64,000 bases of DNA from Vicinamibacterales bacterium (lineage in GTDB: Bacteria; Acidobacteriota; Vicinamibacteria; Vicinamibacterales; UBA2999). Every line of letters starts with the position of its first letter. The first letter of the stretch is position 1. Positions 20,429 to 29,516 of the stretch are shown in pieces. The stretch is from assembly GCA_041394685.1 (NCBI GenBank), contig JAWKHU010000038.1:130087-194086 (forward strand), in the 5' to 3' direction. The position numbers and the translations under genes were made by a program. The notes under the pieces were generated by a model. The model had not been told where the DNA came from. It saw nothing but the letters and a program-made list of their open reading frames with translations, and did no database searches.

Positions 20429-20935
20429 TTAGCGGCAGTCGCCGAGGACCTTGACGTCCTTGACGTCGATGCGTCGCGCGACGATGTCGAACTCGCGATC
20501 GTCGTCACCGCGAGCGCTGCCGGACAACCACGTGTTCGGCACGCGGATCTTCTCCTCCTCGCCGTCGAGGTCCAGTTCGATCTCGGTGTAGTCGCCGTCG
20601 CGATCGATCTCCACCTCGCCCGTCTCGAAGTCCTTCAGCTCGCCCTTGAGCTCGACGCGCCGGCCGACGTGCGCCGCCAGGCTGTCGTCGTCGTCAATCC
20701 AGTAGAAGACACGGGACGAGGCCGCGGGGACCGGCATGCCGGCCGCCGCCAGCATGATGTCCCTGCGCGTCCACGCCAGTGTGCGTGACGCGTCGGGTGT
20801 GCCAGCGGCCTCCTGCAGGACGCAGCCGCTGATGGTGATGTCATCGTCGTCCACGGTGATCGACGGCTGTGCGGCCGCCGGCGCGGCGAGCATTGCCAGG
20901 AGCGGGAGCGCGAATCCGAAGTGCAGTGCCCTCAT
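20429..20935 (-). CDS. Secreted acidic hypothetical protein
   Basis: 168-aa ORF with signal peptide MRALHFGFALPLLAMLAAPAAAQ, Asp/Glu-rich beta-like segments and GC3-rich codons. No family recognised. Confidence 0.55.
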   Translation of the reverse strand: MRALHFGFALPLLAMLAAPAAAQPSITVDDDDITISGCVLQEAAGTPDASRTLAWTRRDIMLAAAGMPVPAASSRVFYWIDDDDSLAAHVGRRVELKGELKDFETGEVEIDRDGDYTEIELDLDGEEEKIRVPNTWLSGSARGDDDREFDIVARRIDVKDVKVLGDCR

Positions 20936-20948
20936 GTGAGTCCTCCTG

Positions 20949-21191
20949 CTACGCTTTCAGGTCGTCTGGACCGTGCGCACGACGGTTCGCATCGCGTTCA
21001 CGCCACGCGCCCTTCTCGGGCGCGGCCGGCTCGTCGTTGGCGTTGTCCGTCAGGCTGCGATTCGGGTCGACCGACGCCGACTCGTCAATCGCGGCGTCGT
21101 CGATGTCGATGGGCTTGTCGGTACGTTCCGTTGCCGCATCTGGCGAGCCGCCGTTCGATGTTGTCCGCTCCGATGGGATATGCCGTTCCAT
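20949..21191 (-). CDS. Small acidic hypothetical protein (weak call)
   Basis: MERHIPSERTT...DIDDAAIDESASVDPN.... Third positions are mostly G/C in this frame, and it ends 14 nt upstream of the next same-strand gene. Confidence 0.35.
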   Translation of the reverse strand: MERHIPSERTTSNGGSPDAATERTDKPIDIDDAAIDESASVDPNRSLTDNANDEPAAPEKGAWRERDANRRAHGPDDLKA

Positions 21192-21322
21192 GGCTGATCC
21201 GGGAGCAAGTCCGGTGCCGCCCCTCCCCACCGATGAGCTGTCGCGACGACCGTATGGACGCGGTGCTGACGCGGCGTGATAATGAGCCGCTCTTCATCCG
21301 GCGCGAGTACAGGAGGACGGCA

Positions 21323-23260
21323 ATGCGACGAACGCGAGCGTTGGCGACGTGTGCGGCGGTGGCGGCCTGGGCAACCGTGCTGGCGGCGTCGCAAGCCGGC
21401 CCATCGTCCAGCCGCCTGACGCTGGACCTGTACTGGGAGTACGAAACGGTGTCCGATCCGCGGCTGTCGCCGGACGGATCCGAGATTCTCTACACCCGCC
21501 AGTGGATCGACAAGCTGAACGACAAGCGCGAGTCGTCGCTGTGGATCATGAACGCGGACGGGTCGAAGAACCGCTTCCTGGTTCGCGGCAGCAACGCGCG
21601 CTGGTCACCGACCGGCGATCGCATCCTCTACACGGGACAGGGCGAGCCGAAGGGCACGCAGGTGTTCGTCCGATACATGGACGCGGAAGGCGCGACGACA
21701 CAGGTGACCCGTGTCGAGAAAGCCCCGGCCAGCGTCACCTGGTCCCCTGACGGCCAGTCGATCGCCTTCACGATGAAGGTCGAGAAGAAGAACACCTGGC
21801 CCATCGCGATGACGAAGGCGCCGGACGGCGCCAAGTGGACGGAGGCCCCGCGTATCGTCGAGCGGCTGGACTACCGCCAGGACCGCGAGGGCTTCACCGA
21901 CGATGGGTACCGGCACGTGTTCGTCGTGCCGGCCACGGGCGGCACCGCCCGCCAGCTCACCGACGGCGACTGGGACCACAACGGCGTGGAGTGGACGCCC
22001 GACAACGCCACGATTCTCTTCACTTCGCTGCGCGTCCCCGACGCGGACTACCAGTGGCGCGAGAGCGAGATCTACGCCGTATCCGTCGCCACCGGCACGA
22101 TCGCGCAACTGACGCGACGGAAGGGGCCCGACAGCAACCCGAAGGTGTCCCCGGACGGAAAGCGGGTGGCCTACACCGGCAACGACTGGTCAACGGACAC
22201 GTGGCGCGACACGAAGCTCTACGTGATGAACATCGACGGCAGCGGCGCGCAGCTGGTGTCGGGCGACTGGGATCGCTCACCGCAGAACATCGAGTGGAAG
22301 TCCGACGGCACCGGCCTGTATTTCAGCGCGCAGGACCAGGGCACGCAGAACCTCTACCTGCTGCCGCTGGCAGGGTCGCGGGCCGACGAGGTCCAGCCGG
22401 TGACCACGGGGACGCACATGCTGGCGGCCTCGACCTTCGCCAAGGGCAAGGCCGTGGGCGTCCGCAGCTCGTTCCAGGTGCCGCCGGACATCGTCACGTG
22501 GGACCTGGCGGCGCCGGAGCGCGTCACGCAGCTCACGCACGTGAACGACGACATCCTCGCCGGGCGCACGCTCGGGGAGGTGCACGAGATGTGGTACACC
22601 TCGCCGGATGGCGTGAAGGTGCAGGGCTGGTACATCACGCCGCCGGACTTCGACCCCTCGAAGAAGTACCCGATGCAGCTGCACATCCACGGCGGGCCGC
22701 ACGGGATGTACAACGTCGGCTTCAACTACGGCTGGCAGGAGATGGCGGCCAACGGCTACGTCATCCTCTACACCAACCCGCGCGGCAGCACCGGCTACGG
22801 CAGCGCGTTCGGCAACATGGTCATGCGCGCCTATCCGAGCAAGGACTACGACGACCTGATGGCAGGCGTCGACACCCTGATCGGCAAGGGCTTCGTGGAC
22901 ACGCAGAACATGTTCGTCACCGGATGCAGCGGAGGCGGCGTGCTGACGGCGTGGGTCGTCGGCAAGACCGATCGGTTTGCCGCCGCGTCGGCCAACTGCC
23001 CCGTCACCGACTGGCTGAGCTTCGTCGGCACCACCGACAGCGCCAGCTGGTACTACAACTTCGACAAGCTGCCCTGGGAGGATCCGTCCGAGCACCTGCG
23101 CCGCTCGCCGCTCACCTACGTGGGACAGGTCAAGACGCCGACGATGCTGATGACGGGCGTGCAGGACCTGCGGACGCCCATGCCGCAGACCGAGCAGTTC
23201 TACAGCGCGCTCAAGCTGCTGAAGGTGCCCACGGCGATGATCCGCTTCAACAACGAGTGA
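21323..23260 (+). CDS. S9 family serine peptidase (prolyl oligopeptidase/acylaminoacyl-peptidase type) ending at an in-frame TGA; homology continues to 23374
   Basis: AGGAGGA RBS and a signal peptide, then a beta-propeller N-domain (WSPDG repeats). The catalytic Ser is in GCSGGG and the Asp in GVQDLRTP. The ORF stops at ...RFNNE-TGA, and the same frame continues HGTTTTPSNFVRTQLYLRYWFDRH to a TGA at 23372..23374. Confidence 0.8.
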   Translation: MRRTRALATCAAVAAWATVLAASQAGPSSSRLTLDLYWEYETVSDPRLSPDGSEILYTRQWIDKLNDKRESSLWIMNADGSKNRFLVRGSNARWSPTGDRILYTGQGEPKGTQVFVRYMDAEGATTQVTRVEKAPASVTWSPDGQSIAFTMKVEKKNTWPIAMTKAPDGAKWTEAPRIVERLDYRQDREGFTDDGYRHVFVVPATGGTARQLTDGDWDHNGVEWTPDNATILFTSLRVPDADYQWRESEIYAVSVATGTIAQLTRRKGPDSNPKVSPDGKRVAYTGNDWSTDTWRDTKLYVMNIDGSGAQLVSGDWDRSPQNIEWKSDGTGLYFSAQDQGTQNLYLLPLAGSRADEVQPVTTGTHMLAASTFAKGKAVGVRSSFQVPPDIVTWDLAAPERVTQLTHVNDDILAGRTLGEVHEMWYTSPDGVKVQGWYITPPDFDPSKKYPMQLHIHGGPHGMYNVGFNYGWQEMAANGYVILYTNPRGSTGYGSAFGNMVMRAYPSKDYDDLMAGVDTLIGKGFVDTQNMFVTGCSGGGVLTAWVVGKTDRFAAASANCPVTDWLSFVGTTDSASWYYNFDKLPWEDPSEHLRRSPLTYVGQVKTPTMLMTGVQDLRTPMPQTEQFYSALKLLKVPTAMIRFNNE

Positions 23261-23380
23261 CACGGCACGACGACGACCCCGTCGAACTTCGTACGCACGC
23301 AGTTGTACCTGCGCTACTGGTTCGACCGGCACGCGCGCGGGCGCGAGGCCGCAACGTCCGGCCAGCCTCGCTGAGGCCGA

Positions 23381-24022
23381 TCAGTCGCGCGGAATCCCCT
23401 CGCGGTCCAGTGCCGCGGCAAAGGCGTCGAAGGTCGCCTCGGCCGCGCGCACGACCCGCACCTGCTCGGAGGGCGTGGCCGAGAGGCCGAAGTGTTCGAG
23501 CGCGGCGATGAAGCGGAACCAGGCCCCACCGGCCTTGCCGTCGTGCAGCCGCAGGTACGACACGTGCTCGGGCCCCAGGCCCAGGCCCCCAGTGACCGCC
23601 CGCGCGATGATCTCGCCCCCGAGGTGCGAGCCCTGAATCACGTAGGCGGCACCGAACGCGTCGGCGTCGTCGGTAATCTCCGGGACGTCGGGCGCCGGTG
23701 GCGCGGGTTCGGCCTCGAGGGCCGCCAGGTTCTGCAGCAGGCGCACGGCGCGCTCGCCCGCCGAGCGTGCGACGAACACGTAGCCCAGCTCCGCGGCCAG
23801 CGGCGGCTCCAGCGGCAGGACCACCGCGCTGGTGGCCCGGACGAACCTCCGGTACCGATCCAGCGTCAGGACGTCGGGATCGATGAGCCCGAGCCGTCGG
23901 TCCAGCGCACGGTGGCGGGACGAGGTCGCGTTCCGGAGCGATTGGAGCAGCCGTGCATGGCCCGCCAGCGGCGGGAGGGCGGTTTCGAGGCCGGTCATAC
24001 GAGGTCGCTTTGCACGGGTCAT
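23381..24022 (-). CDS. Heme oxygenase-like protein (BphO-type biliverdin-producing family)
   Basis: LLQSLRNATSSRHRALDRRL (proximal-His helix), AYVIQGSHLGG and WFRFIAALE. The start is either 24022 or 23998. Confidence 0.6.
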   Translation of the reverse strand: MTRAKRPRMTGLETALPPLAGHARLLQSLRNATSSRHRALDRRLGLIDPDVLTLDRYRRFVRATSAVVLPLEPPLAAELGYVFVARSAGERAVRLLQNLAALEAEPAPPAPDVPEITDDADAFGAAYVIQGSHLGGEIIARAVTGGLGLGPEHVSYLRLHDGKAGGAWFRFIAALEHFGLSATPSEQVRVVRAAEATFDAFAAALDREGIPRD

Positions 24023-24187
24023 GCCGCCGGTTTCCGCGGTTCCGGCGCCCGGTCGAACGCCGGCCGAGGTAACGCGTTGGCCCGAATGGGAGGCACCCTG
24101 CCCACACACAGCAGAGGCCGGCCCATGGCCGGGCTGGTTGTCGAGCGCCGGCGGCCCGGCGCCCGACACGTCCCGTGAGGAAAGGGC

Positions 24188-25831
24188 TCAGGGCAACCGC
24201 GCCTGCAGGGTCCGGCTGAAGACCGACAGGCCGTCGATATCCCGCAGGTCCACGGTGAGGTCGCCGCTGTGAGCGTTGATGTTCACCTCGCCGAAGAACT
24301 GGAGCCCGGCGTAGGGCGACAGGTTGGACTGCCCCGGCGGCGGCGCCTTGTAGAACACGACCTGCGGCCCGAACGTCCCGTCGAGCGTGTTGGGCCCGAA
24401 GCTGCCGGCATTGAGCGGGCCCGACACGAACTCCCAGAACCCGTCGAAGTACGGGAAGGCGGCACGGCCCGGATCGTAGTAGTGCGCGGCGCAGTAGTGC
24501 ACGTCGGCCGTCAGCCACACCACGTTGTGCACGCGCTTGTTCTTGAGGTACGCGAGCAGCTCGGCGAACTCCAGCTCGCGGCCCTTCGGCCCGCCGGGCT
24601 CGCCGTTGGCAATCGCTTCCCAGCGGGCCTCTCCGGACGGCGTCACGCCGTCACCCACGTTGAGACCGATGGGCATGTCGGCGGCCACCACCTTCCACGT
24701 GGCCCTCGAGTTCTTCAGCCCCGACTTGAGCCACTCCAGCTGCTCGCGGCCGAGGAACGCCGTCTGCTCGCTCGGGTACGGCTGCAGGTTCGCGGAGTTC
24801 GGGCCGCGGTAGGAGCGCATGTCGAGCACGAACAGGTCCAGGAGGGGACCGTAGCCGTAGCGGCGGTAGACACGCTGGCTCTCACGCACGTCGTACGACC
24901 ACATCGGCGCGTAGTCCAGGAACGCGCGCGCGCCACGGGCGATGAGCAGCGGCACGTTCTTCTCCGTGTATCGCGCATCGCCGGACAGATCCTTGGCGTC
25001 GGACCAGTTGTTGGTCACCTCGTGATCGTCCCACTGCCAGATCTGCGGCACTTCGGCGTTGAAGCGGCGGACGTTGGCGTCGAGCAGGTTGTACCGGTAC
25101 CGGCCGCGGAACTCGTCCAGCGTCTCGGCGACCTTCGACACCTCGGGCGTCACGAGGTTGGACCAGGGCTGCCCGCCCTCCGCGGTGGCCGACGAGGCGA
25201 TGGGTCCGTCGGCGTAGATGTTGTCCCCGCTGTGGACGAAGAAGTGGGGGTGCCGCAGGCGCATCGCCTCGTAGATCTTCATGCCGCCGAACGCCTCGTT
25301 GATGCCCCACCCCTGGCCCGCGGTGTCGCCGCCCCACACGAAGCGCAGGTCCGTGCCCTGGCGACCACGCCGGCCGCCCAGCTTGCGTTCGTTGTCCAGG
25401 CTGTCGGGAGGCACGATGAACCGGCCGGTGATCGGCTCGCTCAGCGCGCGGTCGTTCTCCAGGCCCTGGAACGCCACGCGGACGAACACCTCGGCGCCGG
25501 GCTCGAGCCCCGCAATCGCCTGCTTCGCCGTGAAGTCCGTGGTGTCGAGGGCGTGCGGGCCCACCATGCGACCGACCTGCGAGAACTGCTCGTCGTACGA
25601 CCACTCGACCAGCATGCGCGCCGGACGATCGCTGCGGCTCCAGACCACCACCGATCCATCGCCGGGATCTCCGAACTGCAGGCCCTGCAGTGCCTGCGGG
25701 CGCTCGGCCTGCGAGGCGATGATGGCGGGTGCTCCGCCGAGCGACCAGCGGGGGACGACGAGACCCGCGGCCGTGACGGCCGAGGTCTGCAGGAACCGAC
25801 GACGGGATGACGAGGGAACCGATTCGCTCAT
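24188..25831 (-). CDS. phoD: Alkaline phosphatase D family protein, Tat-exported
   Basis: Intact 547 aa. Tat signal is SSRRRFLQTSAVTAAG. PhoD motifs are FVHSGDNIYADG, WDDHEVTNNW and NVVWLTADVHYCAAH. Confidence 0.9.
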   Translation of the reverse strand: MSESVPSSSRRRFLQTSAVTAAGLVVPRWSLGGAPAIIASQAERPQALQGLQFGDPGDGSVVVWSRSDRPARMLVEWSYDEQFSQVGRMVGPHALDTTDFTAKQAIAGLEPGAEVFVRVAFQGLENDRALSEPITGRFIVPPDSLDNERKLGGRRGRQGTDLRFVWGGDTAGQGWGINEAFGGMKIYEAMRLRHPHFFVHSGDNIYADGPIASSATAEGGQPWSNLVTPEVSKVAETLDEFRGRYRYNLLDANVRRFNAEVPQIWQWDDHEVTNNWSDAKDLSGDARYTEKNVPLLIARGARAFLDYAPMWSYDVRESQRVYRRYGYGPLLDLFVLDMRSYRGPNSANLQPYPSEQTAFLGREQLEWLKSGLKNSRATWKVVAADMPIGLNVGDGVTPSGEARWEAIANGEPGGPKGRELEFAELLAYLKNKRVHNVVWLTADVHYCAAHYYDPGRAAFPYFDGFWEFVSGPLNAGSFGPNTLDGTFGPQVVFYKAPPPGQSNLSPYAGLQFFGEVNINAHSGDLTVDLRDIDGLSVFSRTLQARLP

Positions 25832-26114
25832 GACACGCTCCTGGGCAACTCATGCAGGCGGCCGGCGGACGCCTGGCGCAGGTCGCGCGGCGATCACCGG
25901 CCTGGCGGAGCGGGACACGCGGGGGTCGTGACCGCGCCCGATTCAGGCAGAGCCGACTGTAGAAAGCGCGTGTAACGTCGGAGGGAGCGAACGCTCGATG
26001 GCCGCGTAAAACTTCGCGGCCGTGCAGCCGCGCGCGTGGCGCCCAGGACCGGGCGGATGGCGGCCCGGTCACGCAAGTGCGCGCGACCGGGCCGGACTCA
26101 GCGGACGAGCGGGC

Positions 26115-27461
26115 TCAGATCCCGCCCGTGCAGCAGAGCACCGTGTACGCGACGGCCTCGCTGCGCACGTCGCCGTGGTCCTTGATGGTGTCGTCGGCGT
26201 TGATGTTGTTCACGGTGCCCGGCGCGAAGCGGTAGGCCGTGCCCTTCGGCCCCATCTTCGCGTCGTGTCCAGCCGCCTCGAGGGTGTGCTGCGCACCGTT
26301 GCGGCCCATGCCGCCGTAGGGGTCGTTCTGATCGCCCAGGGCCGCCGCCACCTGTCGCGCGATGCGCGAGGCCAGCGGGTAGGCCACGCCCACCGCCTGG
26401 TCGTTCTTCGTGTGGGTGATGACGATGGGGCCGGAGACGCGGGCGTCGGCCAGGACCGTCCGGTAGAAGCCCGCCTTGCCCTTGCCGTAGTCGGCCGAGA
26501 GCGCGTTGTGCGAGAACGCCGCCTGCAGGAGCGAGATCGTGACGTTGCCCGTCTGCTTGGCCAGCGCCGAAGCCGCGGCGGTGACCAGCCGGCCGCCGAA
26601 GCTGTGGCCGACGAAGTGGATGCGCAGCTCGGGGTGGGCCTTGCGGCATCGCGTGACGAGCCTGGCGACACCGGTGCTGCCGACCAGGCCCGCACGCTCC
26701 TTCATCTGGTAGTAGGTGACGAAGTTGGCGATGCGGCGCGCGGCGGCGGTGGCGCTCTCGACCATGTCGCGGAAGCCGGCCGCCCCGCCAGCCGGCGGGC
26801 CGAACGACGTGGCGCCCCCACCCTTCGGCTTCGGCTTCGGCGCCGTCACGCCCGCCGCCAGTGCCGTGAACAGCTTCTCGGCGTCCGCCTTCAGGAACTC
26901 CGCGGAGCCATCGTCCACCTCGCGGGCGCCCTTGCTCTTCGGCATGGTCGTGCGGAGGGCGGCAACGAAGGCCTTGCGTGCCGCTGCCGACGTTTCGAGC
27001 CTGGGAACCGCCTTGATCGCCCGGTCGATGGCCTTGACGCGGGAGGCCGGCTGCTCCTTGCCGCCGAGGCGGACGGGGTCGCGCTTCATGGCCTGCAGCA
27101 CCGCAATGAGCGCCTTGTCGCTGGCCTTCGTCGCGCTGGCGGCCCCGCCGCCGGGAATGAGCTCCGCGTCGGTGAACTTCTTGCTGGGCCAGAAAACCTG
27201 GCAGACCGCGTAGGTGCGTCCCTCGAGGGCCTTGATGGCCGGCGGTGCACCCGCCTTGCCGCGCGCGTCGAGCAGCTTCGAGATGTTGCCGACCAGCTCG
27301 TCGTAGAGCGTGCGTGCGTCGGCGATGTCGTTGTTCCAGCCGTGCGAGGCGACGATCAGGTCGGTGACGCCGTCGAGACCGGCGACCAGCGCGTCTGCCT
27401 GGGCGGGCTTGAACACCTCGCCGTCCTTGGTGAACTCGACATCGAAACGGGCGAGCGCCAT
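26115..27461 (-). CDS. Atypical alpha/beta hydrolase, DUF900-like, with a large insertion and a low-complexity linker
   Basis: The start ATG at 27461 follows a GAGGAGG RBS that overlaps the stop of the upstream subtilase. Motifs are LIVASHGWNND, VFWPSKKF and the nucleophile elbow FVGHSFGG. The linker is APKPKPKGGGATSFGPPAGGAAG. No signal peptide. The 703-aa ORF-track extension upstream is spurious. Confidence 0.65.
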   Translation of the reverse strand: MALARFDVEFTKDGEVFKPAQADALVAGLDGVTDLIVASHGWNNDIADARTLYDELVGNISKLLDARGKAGAPPAIKALEGRTYAVCQVFWPSKKFTDAELIPGGGAASATKASDKALIAVLQAMKRDPVRLGGKEQPASRVKAIDRAIKAVPRLETSAAARKAFVAALRTTMPKSKGAREVDDGSAEFLKADAEKLFTALAAGVTAPKPKPKGGGATSFGPPAGGAAGFRDMVESATAAARRIANFVTYYQMKERAGLVGSTGVARLVTRCRKAHPELRIHFVGHSFGGRLVTAAASALAKQTGNVTISLLQAAFSHNALSADYGKGKAGFYRTVLADARVSGPIVITHTKNDQAVGVAYPLASRIARQVAAALGDQNDPYGGMGRNGAQHTLEAAGHDAKMGPKGTAYRFAPGTVNNINADDTIKDHGDVRSEAVAYTVLCCTGGI

Positions 27462-27475
27462 GGCTGCAGTCCTCC

Positions 27476-29308
27476 TCACACCGACTGGATGGCCCGGATC
27501 AGGTCCACCAGGCCGTTGCCTTCGAAATACCGTTCGCGCCCGAGCGGCGTCGCCGTCGTCGTGAACACGCGCTTCACGTCCTGCGGCTTGCCGATGAACT
27601 CGCGGCGGATGGAGAGGAACGCGGCGATGGCGCCCGAGACGTGCGGCGCGGCCATCGAGGTGCCGCTGTCCTCCATGTAGTAGGCGGTGCGCTTGCTGCG
27701 GCGGCCGTGGCGGCCCGCCGAGGCGAGTGCCTGCGCCAGCTTGCGGCCGGCGCCGCACGACGAGATGCGCTCGCCCGGCGCCACGAGATCGGGCTTGATG
27801 CGCCCGTCGCCCGTCGGCCCCTTCGACGAGAAGTACGACACGCCGTAGGTGTGGGGAGAATCGCGATGGGTCGAGCCGACGGTGATGGCCTCGTCGGCAT
27901 TGCCGGGGTCGTTGATGGTGTTCGAGAGCCCGACCTTGGTATCGCGCGCCCACGCGCCGACGGTGCCATAGCCGGTGTTGCCCGCGGCGGCCACCACCAC
28001 GACGCCCGACTGGACGAGACGGTTCACCTCGGCGCAGAGCGGGCTCTGCCCGCAGGCGAACATCTCCGCGTCGAACTCGTAGCCGACGCTCAGGTTCACG
28101 CCGTGGACGCGCAGCAGCTTCGGGTTGTCGTTGAGCCGTTCGCGGATGTAGGCGAGGGCGCGGATGACGTCGCTCGACCGGCCATCGCCGGATCCGTCGA
28201 GCACGCGCAGGCTGATCAGCTTGCACTGCGGCGCCACGCCGCGGAACCGGCTCGGGTCCTTGTGCGGGATTGCCTCGTACTTGCTGCGCTCGCTCTCGAT
28301 CTGGTCGGTGTCCGCCTGGTCGATGCGCAGCACGCGCTCCAGCGAACAGACGGCGGCGTCCTTGCCGTCGGGCGCGCGACCCGCGATGATCCCCGCCACG
28401 TGCGTGCCGTGGCCGAGGTCGTCCACCAGGGCGAGGGCGCGATGGCGATCCAGGAGCTGCTGCCGCTGCTTGCGATCCTTCTCCGCATCGCCCGTGCTCC
28501 GGAGGAGCGAGGGATCCGGCAGGGGCCCCTCACCCGACGGCCCCGGATCCGAGATGAAGTACCGGTGGAGGTCCCGCACCTCGGGGTCGCGCAGCGTGCC
28601 CCCGTCGGCGGGACCGAAGTGGGGGTGCGTGGCGTCGATGCCCGAGTCGATCACGGCCCAGACGATGCCGCGGCCGCCGGCCTCGTAGGACTTGAGCGCC
28701 GCGTCCGCCTTGATGGTGGGCATGGAGCGGTAGATGTGGCCCTTGACCGGGAAATCGGGCCACAGCTTGTAGACGGCGCGGAACATCATCGAGTCGTACT
28801 GCGGCGAGCCCTTGACCTGCGTGCTCTCACGGTTGGCCCTGGCCGCCGCCTCGGTCGCCCGCCGGTCGTCCGCCACCAGCAGCGTGCGCCACTCGTCCAC
28901 CCGGAGACGCCAGGTGAAGTAGGTCTTGGCCAGCGGGATGGGCTCGGGCGCGTCGGGCAATACCTGCTCGTGGAGCTCGAGCAATGCGCCGGACGCGCCC
29001 TCGAGCCCGCCCATGTGCTGCAGGTTGAGCTCGATGACGTAGGGCCCGCGGCGATCGTGCTCGCTCTCGAGGTTCCACGACTTCCGCTTCTCCGGGTCGT
29101 ACAACTCCGGCGGCGCGAACATCTTCGAGAACCGGACGGTCAGGTCGGTGGCGTCGGCGCGCGTGCGTTCGCGCGGCGCGGGCGGCCCCTGCATGGGCGG
29201 CTTGCCGGACGCGGACGTGGCGCGGCGGCGGGCGGTGGCGGACCGGCGGGTGCCTTTGGCGGCCGACCGGCTGCCCCGCGTGGTCGTCGTCTTCTTCTTC
29301 TTGGCCAT
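27476..29308 (-). CDS. Cytoplasmic S8 (subtilisin-family) serine peptidase with basic disordered N-tail and unknown ~200-aa N-domain
   Basis: Intact 610 aa. Catalytic triad motifs are VIDSGID, HGTHVAG and GTSMAAPHVSG. The N-terminus MAKKKKTTTTRGSRSAAKGTRRSATARRR is not a signal peptide. There is an unusually long Asp-to-His spacer. Confidence 0.85.
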   Translation of the reverse strand: MAKKKKTTTTRGSRSAAKGTRRSATARRRATSASGKPPMQGPPAPRERTRADATDLTVRFSKMFAPPELYDPEKRKSWNLESEHDRRGPYVIELNLQHMGGLEGASGALLELHEQVLPDAPEPIPLAKTYFTWRLRVDEWRTLLVADDRRATEAAARANRESTQVKGSPQYDSMMFRAVYKLWPDFPVKGHIYRSMPTIKADAALKSYEAGGRGIVWAVIDSGIDATHPHFGPADGGTLRDPEVRDLHRYFISDPGPSGEGPLPDPSLLRSTGDAEKDRKQRQQLLDRHRALALVDDLGHGTHVAGIIAGRAPDGKDAAVCSLERVLRIDQADTDQIESERSKYEAIPHKDPSRFRGVAPQCKLISLRVLDGSGDGRSSDVIRALAYIRERLNDNPKLLRVHGVNLSVGYEFDAEMFACGQSPLCAEVNRLVQSGVVVVAAAGNTGYGTVGAWARDTKVGLSNTINDPGNADEAITVGSTHRDSPHTYGVSYFSSKGPTGDGRIKPDLVAPGERISSCGAGRKLAQALASAGRHGRRSKRTAYYMEDSGTSMAAPHVSGAIAAFLSIRREFIGKPQDVKRVFTTTATPLGRERYFEGNGLVDLIRAIQSV

Positions 29309-29516
29309 AGGCGTGAGGGGGCGAGGGACACGGATTCTGCGTGAACCCTTCTGATGGTGTCAACCGAACGCGCCAACGTTACAGGAGCCGCGCGTGCGAT
29401 GCCATCGCAACCCGACGGCCTGGCGGGCCGGGCGCCGTCGTCGGCCCCCGTCCACGCACCTCCGGCGGATGTGCGAAGATGCCCGTCGCCACCTCGACCC
29501 ATCACGGACCACGACC

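Noticed and set aside
23258-23260. TGA recoded as Trp (genetic code 4/25) or selenocysteine.
   Set aside because: TGA functions as the terminator of many well-delimited genes here (hisD, hisB, hisH, hisF, hisA, the subtilase, and others). No SECIS-like hairpin is evident. A Trp-to-stop point change or a base-call error is simpler.
26001-26022. Hairpin GGCCGCG-taaaactt-CGCGGCC between the phoD start and the hydrolase stop, as a terminator.
   Set aside because: There is no U-tract on either strand, and it lies about 90 nt beyond the hydrolase stop. The evidence is insufficient to annotate it.
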